From NCBI GenBank assembly GCA_001774395.1, contig MEZX01000003.1:9903-73902 (forward strand): 64,000 nucleotides of DNA, written 5' to 3'. The first letter of the stretch is position 1; each line of letters begins with the position of its first letter. Origin of the DNA: Candidatus Berkelbacteria bacterium RIFCSPLOWO2_01_FULL_50_28 (lineage in GTDB: Bacteria; Patescibacteriota; UBA1384; 2-12-FULL-50-11). The position numbers were made by a program, and so were the translations under genes. The notes below the pieces were generated by a model. That model saw nothing but the letters and a program-made list of their open reading frames with translations, did no database searches and was not told the DNA's origin. Below are positions 1 to 8,043 of the stretch, piece by piece.

Positions 1-37
1 CTTGACAAGACCCGTATAAAAGCCGAACAATCAATAC

Positions 38-892
38 ATGGGCGACGAACTAAATAAAATTGCGATCTTCCAGAAAAAGGAAGTCCGGAAGGTTATTCAT
101 AAAAACGAATGGTGGTTTGTTATTAATGACATTATTGTGGCGCTTACCGATTCCGCCAATCCAGCCCAGTATTTAAAAAATATTCGCAATCGAGATATCG
201 AACTGAATTCGCTTTTTGAGCCGGTGGAAAAAGGGGGGGTTCAAATTGAACCCCCCCTTGCTTTGTCATTCGATACACCGGGTGGCAAGCAAAAACTTTT
301 ATGTTGGCACACCGAGGGTATCTTTCGCCTGGTTCAGTCGATTCCATCACCCAAAGCCGAGCCGTTCAAGCGATGGCTGGCGAAAGTCGGTTATGAACGG
401 GTTCAAGAGATCGAAGACCCAGAGCTCGCCCAAAAACGGATGAAAGCACTGTATAAAGCCAAAGGCTATTCCGACGGCTGGATCGAAAAACGGGTCCGGG
501 GTATTGTTGTGCGGGGAGAGCTAACCGACGAGTGGCAGAAACGGGGAGTGCAAGAAGGCAGAGAATATTCAATTTTGACGGCGGAGATTTCCAGGGCAGC
601 GTTTGGAGTGACACCGTCAGAATACAAAAAACTCAAAGGTTTGGAACGAGAGAACCTGCGTGACCACATGACTGACCTCGAGCTAATCTTTAGTATGCTT
701 GGCGAAGCTTCTACGACTGAAATTGCCCGCGAAGACGACGCTCAAGGGTTCGACCAAAATAAGGACGCCGCCATCCGTGGCGGTGGTGTGGCCGGCCAAG
801 GCCGCAAACAACTGGAGAAAGAAACGAACAAAAAAGTCATCAGCCCGGCTAATTTCAAAGAGGAAACCAGGAAATTGGAGGATAATGCATAA
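38..892 (+). CDS. Bro-N domain protein, DNA-damage-inducible protein D (DinD)-like / phage antirepressor-like
   Basis: 284-aa ORF. The N-terminus (FQKKEVRKVIHKNEWWFVINDIIVAL...NPAQYL) matches the Bro-N pattern, and the C-terminal region (FKRWLAKVGYERVQEIEDPE...EYSILTAEISRAAFG) resembles the DinD family. Confidence 0.55.
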   Translation: MGDELNKIAIFQKKEVRKVIHKNEWWFVINDIIVALTDSANPAQYLKNIRNRDIELNSLFEPVEKGGVQIEPPLALSFDTPGGKQKLLCWHTEGIFRLVQSIPSPKAEPFKRWLAKVGYERVQEIEDPELAQKRMKALYKAKGYSDGWIEKRVRGIVVRGELTDEWQKRGVQEGREYSILTAEISRAAFGVTPSEYKKLKGLERENLRDHMTDLELIFSMLGEASTTEIAREDDAQGFDQNKDAAIRGGGVAGQGRKQLEKETNKKVISPANFKEETRKLEDNA

Positions 893-1570
893 ACTTTCCC
901 CATCTGATTTCGCGTATTTGTACGAGGAGTGCAAGCTTTGCTACTGCTTGAAAGTCAAAGAAAAAATTGGCCAGCCGAGCATGTCGATGCCGGGGGTATT
1001 TTTGACGATGAATTCACTGATGCAAAACAGCGTCGTCGGTAAAAACCTGCGATCGATCTCTGCCGATCTGCCAGATGGCGAAGTAATTAAACAGGAAGGT
1101 TTTGTTAAGTCTCAGCCAATCCCTGGTACTTCTGTGTTTATCGGCGGCAAATACGACTTACTCGTTAAAATTCGGACGGAACGCACACGCTGGTGGATCT
1201 GAAAATCTCTAAACCCAGCGACGGAAAAGCCCAGATGTATCAAAGCCAGCTCTGGGCGTATCAATACGCCCTGGAAAACCCGGACGAAGGCGATCCGTTG
1301 AAAATATCTAAACTGGCGCTGCTAATTTTCTATCCAGAAAGTGTCTTGTTCGAAAACGGTCAGGCCAACCTAACTTTCCCACCGCAGTGGCTGGAAGTGG
1401 AATATAACCACGACGGTTTTATGAATTTTATGAAAGAAGTGAACACCCTACTGGTCGGCCCGTTGCCGGACGAAGGCGAAACCTGCAAATGGTGCGCCTA
1501 CCGCCACAAAGGCGAAGAGATTGCTCACCACCTCCAGTCTTTGCCAACCGGCGACGAGCCACCGTTTTAG
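885..1570 (+). pseudogene. PD-(D/E)XK (Cas4/RecB-like) nuclease with N- and C-terminal Cys clusters, split by an apparent frameshift near 1166-1200
   Basis: GGAGG sits 4 nt upstream of the ATG at 885. Frame A ends ...GGKYDLLVKIRTERTRWWI* at 1202, and frame B from 1169 reads NSDGTHTLVDLKISKP. The composite GGKYDLLVKIRTDGTHTLVDLKISK matches nuclease motifs II-III (D...D-x-K). Cys clusters CKLCYC and CKWC are present. There is a homopolymer aaaa at 1167-1170. Confidence 0.5.
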
Positions 1571-1656
1571 CAAAAATTATTAAAGAAGGATGTGACGAAT
1601 GCGTCTATCACTCGGGCCGAAGCGAAATTTTGAGTGAGTAGTATAATCAAGGCAGA

Positions 1657-2220
1657 ATGAAAAGAAAAAATTTACTATTTGGTGGAGTGCTAGTTCTTCT
1701 TTTAGCTGTTGGGTATATTCTCTACTCACCAAATCAGGCAAGCGAACAAAACACTAGCGTTTCTTCGGCTGAAGAAACTTTTACAGAACTTGATTTTTCT
1801 GCTGAGCAGCTCAAGGATTACTATATCGTCTATGAAAATCCATTCGTGATTGCCATACGAACTTCATTGAACAATTACTTGGACGGGAATATTGATACTG
1901 GATTCGGAGATACCACAACAGCAATCGATTCAAGCACGGGTGATGACGGTACGGTTTACGGCCTAGATTCATTTGACAAGGAATACTATCAAAGTAAATT
2001 CATTGTCTTTGCGAGGAATGAATACAATTGGGGTGGTGAACTGATCAATATCGTATTTGTTGATAAACCGGACAAACTCTTTACTGCATGGATGTACAAG
2101 GGTGCTAGCGGATATGAGATGAGAGGATTCTCGCAAAATACTACTTTCGGTGCTCCTGAAATGAAAAAATTCAATCAACAATACGCAAAATTCTTTAGAG
2201 ATACCGAGCACAGTTTGTAA
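1657..2220 (+). CDS. hypothetical secreted/membrane-anchored protein
   Basis: 187-aa ORF with an N-terminal hydrophobic segment (LLFGGVLVLLLAVGYILY). It lies in an AT-rich segment. Confidence 0.45.
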   Translation: MKRKNLLFGGVLVLLLAVGYILYSPNQASEQNTSVSSAEETFTELDFSAEQLKDYYIVYENPFVIAIRTSLNNYLDGNIDTGFGDTTTAIDSSTGDDGTVYGLDSFDKEYYQSKFIVFARNEYNWGGELINIVFVDKPDKLFTAWMYKGASGYEMRGFSQNTTFGAPEMKKFNQQYAKFFRDTEHSL

Positions 2221-2304
2221 AGAATTAATTCCAACAATCTTAGGTCGCCGGCGGAATCAACCAACCAATCCGCAAATTATGCTGTCCGATAAACTCGCAA
2301 TCAA

Positions 2305-2335
2305 TCCCGGGCTCTGGATTTTCGTGCAATTCTCT
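2305..2335 (+). repeat. copy A of an intergenic ~30-nt motif (cccgggCTCTGGATTTTCGTGCAATT)
   Basis: Shares the core TCTGGAT(T/A)TT..CAATT with the copies at 2709, 3283 and 4391, all on the same strand. Confidence 0.6.
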
Positions 2336-2437
2336 CCCCAACACCTTGACCTTACAGGGGAAATATGAAATAATTCCGACCGTGTTGAGGGGTAATAACA
2401 ACGCAAGTCACATTGCGCTCAATACAGGGAGACAGTA

Positions 2438-2629
2438 ATGCCAGACATGATAACGTTCAGATGGGGAGACAAGCAGTACACTGCTCCCCGGGTAGTACAG
2501 ACCGACGATCTGTTGATCCGGCTTCCCGACGGCACGATCCTCAAGGTTCTGGAGTGGACGAAGGATGATCCGCCCCAGCCCATGTCAATTGGAAATCTGA
2601 GGATCGAAGACGCGACGCAGTCAAGCTAA
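2438..2629 (+). CDS. hypothetical small protein (63 aa)
   Basis: ORF preceded by GGGAGA 5 nt upstream of the ATG. No recognisable domain. Confidence 0.3.
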   Translation: MPDMITFRWGDKQYTAPRVVQTDDLLIRLPDGTILKVLEWTKDDPPQPMSIGNLRIEDATQSS

Positions 2630-2708
2630 AACTCGCACGGTTCTTGCCAGGCGCTCAGCCCCAGTCTACAAGCTGGAGCTGGGCGCCATTTTCATACCCC
2701 AAACTTCC

Positions 2709-2750
2709 ACCCGGGCTCTGGATATTTGCTCAATTTTTCGGTACAATTTG
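2709..2750 (+). repeat. copy B of the intergenic motif (cccgggCTCTGGATATTTGCTCAATTtttcggtacaattt)
   Basis: Same core as copy A, including the preceding cccggg. It lies upstream of the likely TTG start of the next gene. Confidence 0.6.
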
Positions 2751-2784
2751 GCGGCTGGAATATGTTTTCAGCGGGAGGCTCGTG

Positions 2785-3240
2785 TTGCGTACATTTATTG
2801 ATTACTCACACTCCATTTTCAGTTTGGAGCCCGTGGGGGGCGTGTCTAGACAAGACCTGAGTGCGATAGTCGATGCTTTCAAAGCCAAGGGCATTAACCC
2901 CCATGATGAGACCTTCGATAGCGAACAGCATCGAGGAAGAAGGATCTTACTTTCAAGAGAGTGGACACTTAGCGATTTTTCAACCATTGCGACTTGTGAC
3001 TTTCTCTTTGTCCTTCAGGAAGGTGTCCTGACCGAGAAGATGCTACTGGACATAGGTTATTGTCTCAGCGAGACAATCCCAATTGTTGTCGCCGCCAAGT
3101 ACGATATCTACGGTTCATGCATACCACACATCGGTGAGTTTTGTTTGCGTTGGCGGAGAGTTTCCGAGTTAGTCGAGCAAATAGCCGTTGCCGACTTTGC
3201 TAAGCTAAGTCGTAAAATCGCAAAACGAAATCCGACGTGA
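2785..3240 (+). CDS. nucleoside 2-deoxyribosyltransferase-like protein (start uncertain; the six-frame ORF begins at 2644)
   Basis: The C-terminal LQEGVLTEKMLLDIGYCLSETIPIVVAAKYD resembles the NDT-fold signature (D-x-G-T-x-x-E-x-G-Y...kP-v-v). GGGAGG precedes the TTG at 2785. A hairpin follows the stop codon. Confidence 0.4.
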   Translation: MRTFIDYSHSIFSLEPVGGVSRQDLSAIVDAFKAKGINPHDETFDSEQHRGRRILLSREWTLSDFSTIATCDFLFVLQEGVLTEKMLLDIGYCLSETIPIVVAAKYDIYGSCIPHIGEFCLRWRRVSELVEQIAVADFAKLSRKIAKRNPT

Positions 3241-3269
3241 GGGACTTGTTCCCTCACGTCATCCTTTTG
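3235..3269 (+). terminator. rho-independent terminator candidate
   Basis: Perfect 10-bp stem acgtgaggga/tccctcacgt with loop cttgt, followed by catccttttg. Confidence 0.5.
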
Positions 3270-3282
3270 CCCAAACCCCTCA

Positions 3283-3312
3283 CCCAAACTCTGGATTTTT
3301 ACTACAAATTAC
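3283..3312 (+). repeat. copy C of the intergenic motif (aaaCTCTGGATTTTTACTACAAATT)
   Basis: Shared TCTGGATTTTT core and CAAATT tail. Confidence 0.55.
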
Positions 3313-3369
3313 TAAAGAAAAACTGGCTCGGTCGAAACAAGTTCAACCGAGCCGATCCGGGAGTTCCGC

Positions 3370-3579
3370 TTATGTGAGCGGTTCAAGGTTCTCGCAACGC
3401 GGAGTGGGGCAGCGCAGTTCCCCTGGTACGGCCCTGACCGCATTGTGGCAGCTCGGGCAGATGAGGGTTTGCTGGTTCTCCACCAGCTGGCGAACTCCGG
3501 AGTCTGAGTGCAGAACTCCATCCACGCGATTCCACGAATGTTCATCGGCGGGAATTGTCATAAGAACTTTTTGGGGCAT
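3370..3579 (-). CDS. small zinc-ribbon protein (about 69 aa)
   Basis: On the minus strand, GGAGGAAGGAAGTA precedes ATG (MPQKVLM...). The C-terminus has CPSCHNAV...CPTPRC, a 4-Cys ribbon. Confidence 0.4.
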   Translation of the reverse strand: MPQKVLMTIPADEHSWNRVDGVLHSDSGVRQLVENQQTLICPSCHNAVRAVPGELRCPTPRCENLEPLT

Positions 3580-3687
3580 TACTTCCTTCCTCCGTGCGAG
3601 TTTGCACGCTGGGGTAACTATAGACACAGTTACCAAAAAGTCAACGATCCGGTTGGATTACCGCAATATATAAGTTCTAGGAGGAAA

Positions 3688-4356
3688 TCATTTAATGACA
3701 GAACCAGAAATTTGTGAAATTAATGTCGTTTTATCTTGTTGATAATTAGTTGAGTCGGTATGTAATCTGTACTCAATTGAAGAAGCTGGTTGACTATAAA
3801 GGAGAACACACCCAATTTGTACTGATTCGTCAACTCGATCTTCAAGGCAACGATATTTGCCTGTAGAGATGCTCGTTGTTGGAATGATGACAGTTGGTTT
3901 TCTGTTAATTGGGTTTAAGGTTAAGGGGTAGTCCTCAATGTTTTTTGGTACTGCAGCCCCAGATAATTTTAGGTACACAATTAATGATCTAGGGAAGCCA
4001 GTATAGAAATAATCTGTGTAAGCCAGCGTACTGCTATCTACTACATCTTTGTTATCAGCAGCTTGTGAATCTGCAAGGGCTTTTGATTTCTCGTCAGGGA
4101 AAGCCACAGCATTTACGCCTTTCCCGAAAGGCCAGCCAGCTTCACTCATCCAATCATTTTGATTGGGAATAGCTACTTTAGTTTTACCCCCATCGACATT
4201 AATTTTTATTGAGTTGTCAATTGATTCTTCTGTCGTAGATTTTTCTATCCCAGAGCTTTCCTTATCTGGTTGAAGATAGGCGTAAGTTGCGACTACGGCA
4301 ATAAAAATGAATAAGAGCAATACCACTAAAACAAAGATTTTGCGCTGGGAGTTCAT
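3688..4356 (-). CDS. hypothetical membrane-anchored protein
   Basis: An internal Met (MNSQRKIFVLVVLLLFIFIAVV) gives a TM anchor. The rest is Ser/Thr/Asn-rich and the gene is AT-rich. Confidence 0.45.
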   Translation of the reverse strand: MNSQRKIFVLVVLLLFIFIAVVATYAYLQPDKESSGIEKSTTEESIDNSIKINVDGGKTKVAIPNQNDWMSEAGWPFGKGVNAVAFPDEKSKALADSQAADNKDVVDSSTLAYTDYFYTGFPRSLIVYLKLSGAAVPKNIEDYPLTLNPINRKPTVIIPTTSISTGKYRCLEDRVDESVQIGCVLLYSQPASSIEYRLHTDSTNYQQDKTTLISQISGSVIK

Positions 4357-4390
4357 GAATAAATGATAACAATTTTTGCTAAATGTCGCA

Positions 4391-4430
4391 TCGGGTTCTG
4401 GATTTTTGTTCAATTTTTTGATACAAATTG
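4391..4430 (+). repeat. copy D of the intergenic motif (gggtTCTGGATTTTTGTTCAATTttttgatacaaattg)
   Basis: Same core and same orientation as copies A-C. Confidence 0.55.
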
Positions 4431-4441
4431 ACGACTTTTTG

Positions 4442-4738
4442 CTAGCGGTTGGCGGCTAGGGCGTAAGGCAGAAAATACGCATCCCAACTCTTTGTGGTTT
4501 CGCCATATTGGTTATCGCTGTAAAACGAATCGGTAAAGACTTCCCGAATACGAGCAATTTCTTTTAAAAACGGTCTGTTATTCGCGTCAGACAAACTCCA
4601 GTCGAGCAGCTCCAGCGCGCGTTCAGCTGCGCCTTCGGCGCGGCTAACATTGATGCCTTTCCATTTCATCGCTCGGCCGATTTCGCTGCCGATATTGCCG
4701 AATTGATAGTAGATATCATGCGACTGCCAGTCTGTCAT
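4442..4738 (-). CDS. conserved hypothetical protein, downstream gene of a 2-gene operon
   Basis: 98-aa ORF overlapping the upstream ORF by 4 nt (translationally coupled). Confidence 0.45.
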   Translation of the reverse strand: MTDWQSHDIYYQFGNIGSEIGRAMKWKGINVSRAEGAAERALELLDWSLSDANNRPFLKEIARIREVFTDSFYSDNQYGETTKSWDAYFLPYALAANR

Positions 4739-5112
4739 TTCACCAGTTCCGCAATGATTTTTCTAATTTTTCCTTGAATTTGTTGGTCTTCGACCGATCG
4801 GGAACGATTATTCTGTGACGGGCGGATATTGATCATCGAGTCGAATTCAATCAAATCGTCATCATTGGGACGGAGATTAATACCCCAAAGATCATTTTGC
4901 TTTGAGCCTCTCTCAAGTAAGAACGCTTCCTCGTCGGCGTGCATCACTCCGCCAATGGCCATAACACCGGAGTCGATGTCAACAACGGTTTTGACGAGTT
5001 CGCCACCAAATTGCTCATTGGCCTTTTTCTGGAGCAGTTCAATTGAAATGCATTTGTCGATTAGTTCTATTGCCATCAAGGATGATATTAGTTCATTCCG
5101 TCGCTTTTTCAT
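4735..5112 (-). CDS. conserved hypothetical protein (possibly DUF5674-like)
   Basis: 125-aa ORF with a GGVMHADEEAFLLERGSKQNDLWGINL motif. The DUF assignment is recalled from memory, not verified. Confidence 0.4.
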   Translation of the reverse strand: MKKRRNELISSLMAIELIDKCISIELLQKKANEQFGGELVKTVVDIDSGVMAIGGVMHADEEAFLLERGSKQNDLWGINLRPNDDDLIEFDSMINIRPSQNNRSRSVEDQQIQGKIRKIIAELVK

Positions 5113-5152
5113 ACCCTAAACTCTTGACTCTAACTGGTTAAGGAGGTATAGT

Positions 5153-5440
5153 TTGGCCTGTCGCGGAGGTTTAAAACCAGTGAGCAACCACGAACTTTGG
5201 ATGTGGATTTCCGGAGTGATCGGATTCAGTTGCTTCGTGGTTATTCACTTCACGAAGCTCTTAAAGAATCCTCTGTATGCAGGACTTGTACAGCTAGCGT
5301 CCAACGTTTTCGTTTTCGTCAGCTGGGGCTCGGCTTACATTAGCACTCGGGGATCATTCGCCCTTTTTGGAGTCATATTCCCGATTGTGACGGGGACCAT
5401 TACCATTCGCACGTTACTGCGAGCACGACGTCAATCATAG
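5153..5440 (+). CDS. small membrane protein (2-3 TM)
   Basis: AGGAGG sits 6 nt upstream of the TTG start. Hydrophobic segments are present, and a terminator follows. Confidence 0.4.
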   Translation: MACRGGLKPVSNHELWMWISGVIGFSCFVVIHFTKLLKNPLYAGLVQLASNVFVFVSWGSAYISTRGSFALFGVIFPIVTGTITIRTLLRARRQS

Positions 5441-5479
5441 GCGCGAAGAGGATTCCCCTTCGCGCCGCTTCTTTTTGCC
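5440..5479 (+). terminator. rho-independent terminator
   Basis: 9-bp stem ggcgcgaag/cttcgcgcc with loop aggattccc, then gcttctttttgcc. Confidence 0.7.
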
Positions 5480-5631
5480 TAGATTTCCCCTTTAAAATAA
5501 AGAACGAGTGTCCTTTCATGCGGCCGTTCCGTGGCCGCCCCATCTAGTTGCATTATTGGTTCTAACCCATAATCATTCCTAATTCACCATATGCTATATA
5601 TGGCATATGAGCCCAGAAGCCGAGCATTCCG

Positions 5632-5649
5632 TATGTGGTATACCACATA
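5632..5649. promoter_or_regulatory. perfect 18-bp palindrome TATGTGGTATACCACATA, candidate operator of the toxin-antitoxin module
   Basis: The sequence is its own reverse complement. It lies about 60 nt upstream of the antitoxin start. A second near-palindrome, CATATGCTATATATGGCATATG, is at 5590-5611. Confidence 0.4.
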
Positions 5650-5708
5650 AAGTGTATTTGGAGGTTTTTGGGTTGATCTTCGTTTGAAAAATCAATAAGA
5701 TTTACTCA

Positions 5709-5885
5709 ATGAGTCCGACACAGGCGAAAAACTTAGAGTCTCGTATTGACCGCTTGGAAAAGCTGGTGGATGTTGTGTTGCGACAAGACGATCAGGATTG
5801 GCTGAGCGACCCCAAACTCGTCGCCAAACTCGATAAAATTGCTGGCGATAAAACTCTAGTCTCCGAAAAAGCCGCCGGTATTTAA
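5709..5885 (+). CDS. putative antitoxin (58 aa)
   Basis: Small ORF below the 60-aa track cutoff, ending 5 nt before the RelE/ParE toxin start. Palindromes lie upstream. Confidence 0.4.
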   Translation: MSPTQAKNLESRIDRLEKLVDVVLRQDDQDWLSDPKLVAKLDKIAGDKTLVSEKAAGI

Positions 5886-5890
5886 ATCCG

Positions 5891-6157
5891 ATGCCGGAGC
5901 TTTTCTACAAGCCCGGCGCTCTGCGGGTTGTCAAAAAGTTTACTGCCGTAGAAATAACTGAATACAAAAATGTGCTGGCCGAAATCAAGCAGTTTCCTGA
6001 CGGCGGGAAATTTCTAAAGGGTTCGCTGAAGGGCTTGAGGAAGTGGAAATACAAAGTCCGGTCGATTCCCTACCGAATAGTTTACCTATTTGAAAATAAC
6101 ACGATTACGATAATCGCTGTTGGCAAACGCAAAGATTTTTACGAGCTGCTAAAGTAA
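5891..6157 (+). CDS. type II toxin, RelE/ParE family
   Basis: 88 aa. The C-terminal YRIVYLFENNTITIIAVGKRKDFY is the typical RelE/ParE signature. Confidence 0.75.
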   Translation: MPELFYKPGALRVVKKFTAVEITEYKNVLAEIKQFPDGGKFLKGSLKGLRKWKYKVRSIPYRIVYLFENNTITIIAVGKRKDFYELLK

Positions 6158-6223
6158 CCCACCCATCCATAATTCCGTCATCCCCAATTTTCCCTCAATC
6201 CTCTCTGCCGGAGGGACTGAGTT

Positions 6224-8041
6224 TTATTTTTTTGATTTGGCGCGCAAGGATGAGTTCAGGATTTTTTTGCGCAAGCGCAGCGACTTTGGCGTTACTTCCA
6301 ATAGCTCGTCGTCTTCCAGAAAATCGATACACTGCTCCAGGCTCATAACAGTCGGCGGCGTTAATATAGTTGGATCTTCCGAACCAGCGGCGCGCATATT
6401 GGTTTTCTGTTTTTCTTTACAGACGTTCATCTCTAAATCGGTGTCGCGCGAATTCAAGCCGACAATCATCCCCTCGTAAACTGGGGTTTGCGGCAGTATG
6501 AAGGTGACGCCGCGCTCTTGCGCGTTATCCAAGCCAAAGACCAGCGCCGTGCCAGTTTCGGAAGCTATTAAGGCACCGTTTCTCATACGATTGATGGCTG
6601 CACTAACCGGCTCAAAGTGCAGGAAGATAGAGTTCATCACGGCCGTGCCGCGAGAGAGCGTAAGTAAAACATTTCGCAACCCTAAAAGACCGCGGGTCGG
6701 AATTTCAAACAGGAGGCGAGTTGTACCGTCCTCGTTCTCGCTTTGCTTGGTAAGTATCCCTTTGCGCCGACCGACTTCGCCGGTGATTGAGCTGGCGTAC
6801 GGACTTTCAACGTCGACGGTTAGCTCTTCAATCGGTTCTTGTACCTTACCGTCAATAACTTTGGTTATAACTTGTGGTTTGCCGATCTGGAGCTCAAATC
6901 CTTCGCGACGCATGGTTTCAATAAAGACCGACAGGTGCAGTTCGCCTCGGCCGGACAAAATATATTCGTTGTTCTCACCCGCTTCCATTCGAAGCGAAAC
7001 GTTCACTTCCAGCTCTTTCAAAATTCGTTCGTGAATTTTTTGGCTAACTAGTTGCGTGCCTTCGCGGCCGATAAACGGTGACGTATTGGCGGAGACGGCC
7101 ATTTTAAGCGTTGGCTCGGCGATGGCGATGGTCGGCAGGGCCTCAGGACTAGCACCGTCAGCGATCGTATCGCCGATGCGGCAGTTCTTCACTCCGGTAA
7201 GGGCAACAATATCGCCGGAAACTGCTTGCTCAACCTGCAGCCGCTTGAGGCCATGATTGACATAAACTCGGTCGATTTTGGCGTTTTCGCGGAAACCCTC
7301 GGGCGTGCCGATGGAAACGGTCAGCCCTGGCTTGGCGACACCGCGCGTAATTTTGCCGATAGCGTATTTGCCCTGGAAACTATCCCAGTCCAGCGCTGAA
7401 ACGAGCATTTGGAACGGCTCGTTATCGGCCTTGGTCGGGGCCGGTGCGTGCTCAAGAATCGCCTCAAAAATTGGATTCAAATTAGCCGGCTCGTGTTGCT
7501 CGGCGACCGTGGGCATATAAGACCAGGCCTTACCCTCGCGGCCGATGGCGTAATAAATTGGAAATTCCAGCTGTGTGACGTCGGTAGCCAAATCCAAAAA
7601 TAAATTCGAAGTTTCGCGGATGACTTTTTCAATTTGCGAATCCGGTTTGTCGATTTTGTTAATAACCACAATTGGCCGGAGCCCCATTTCCAGCGCCTTT
7701 TTCAGGACGAATTTGGTTTGCGGCATCGGACCTTCTTTGGCGTCGATGATTAGAAGCGCGCTGTCGGTCATATTGAGGGTGCGTTCTACTTCACCGCCAA
7801 AGTCGGCGTGACCCGGGGTGTCGACGATATTTATTTTGATGCCGTTGTAAGATACAGCAGTATTTTTGGCCAAAATTGTGATGCCGCGCTCGCGCTCTTG
7901 ATCGTTGGAATCCATAATCAAGTCTTGCGACATCTCGGCCTCGTTGTCGCGGAATGTTTTTGATTGCTTCAGCAAACCGTCCACCAGAGTGGTTTTGCCG
8001 TGATCAACGTGAGCAATTACCGCGACGTTTCGGATAGGCAT
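6224..8041 (-). CDS. typA: translational GTPase TypA/BipA
   Basis: AHVDHGKTTL and DTPGHADF G-domain motifs. 605 aa with EF-G-like domain order. Confidence 0.9.
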   Translation of the reverse strand: MPIRNVAVIAHVDHGKTTLVDGLLKQSKTFRDNEAEMSQDLIMDSNDQERERGITILAKNTAVSYNGIKINIVDTPGHADFGGEVERTLNMTDSALLIIDAKEGPMPQTKFVLKKALEMGLRPIVVINKIDKPDSQIEKVIRETSNLFLDLATDVTQLEFPIYYAIGREGKAWSYMPTVAEQHEPANLNPIFEAILEHAPAPTKADNEPFQMLVSALDWDSFQGKYAIGKITRGVAKPGLTVSIGTPEGFRENAKIDRVYVNHGLKRLQVEQAVSGDIVALTGVKNCRIGDTIADGASPEALPTIAIAEPTLKMAVSANTSPFIGREGTQLVSQKIHERILKELEVNVSLRMEAGENNEYILSGRGELHLSVFIETMRREGFELQIGKPQVITKVIDGKVQEPIEELTVDVESPYASSITGEVGRRKGILTKQSENEDGTTRLLFEIPTRGLLGLRNVLLTLSRGTAVMNSIFLHFEPVSAAINRMRNGALIASETGTALVFGLDNAQERGVTFILPQTPVYEGMIVGLNSRDTDLEMNVCKEKQKTNMRAAGSEDPTILTPPTVMSLEQCIDFLEDDELLEVTPKSLRLRKKILNSSLRAKSKK

Positions 8042-8043
8042 TT

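Noticed and set aside
3374-3717. Plus-strand ORFs 3374-3673 and 3508-3717
   Set aside because: Antisense to the Zn-ribbon gene, which has a strong GGAGG RBS. Cys/Arg/Trp-rich composition without an RBS.
6237-7811. Multiple plus-strand ORFs inside typA
   Set aside because: Antisense to a highly conserved GTPase gene. No RBS. Ser/Arg-rich artefact translations.
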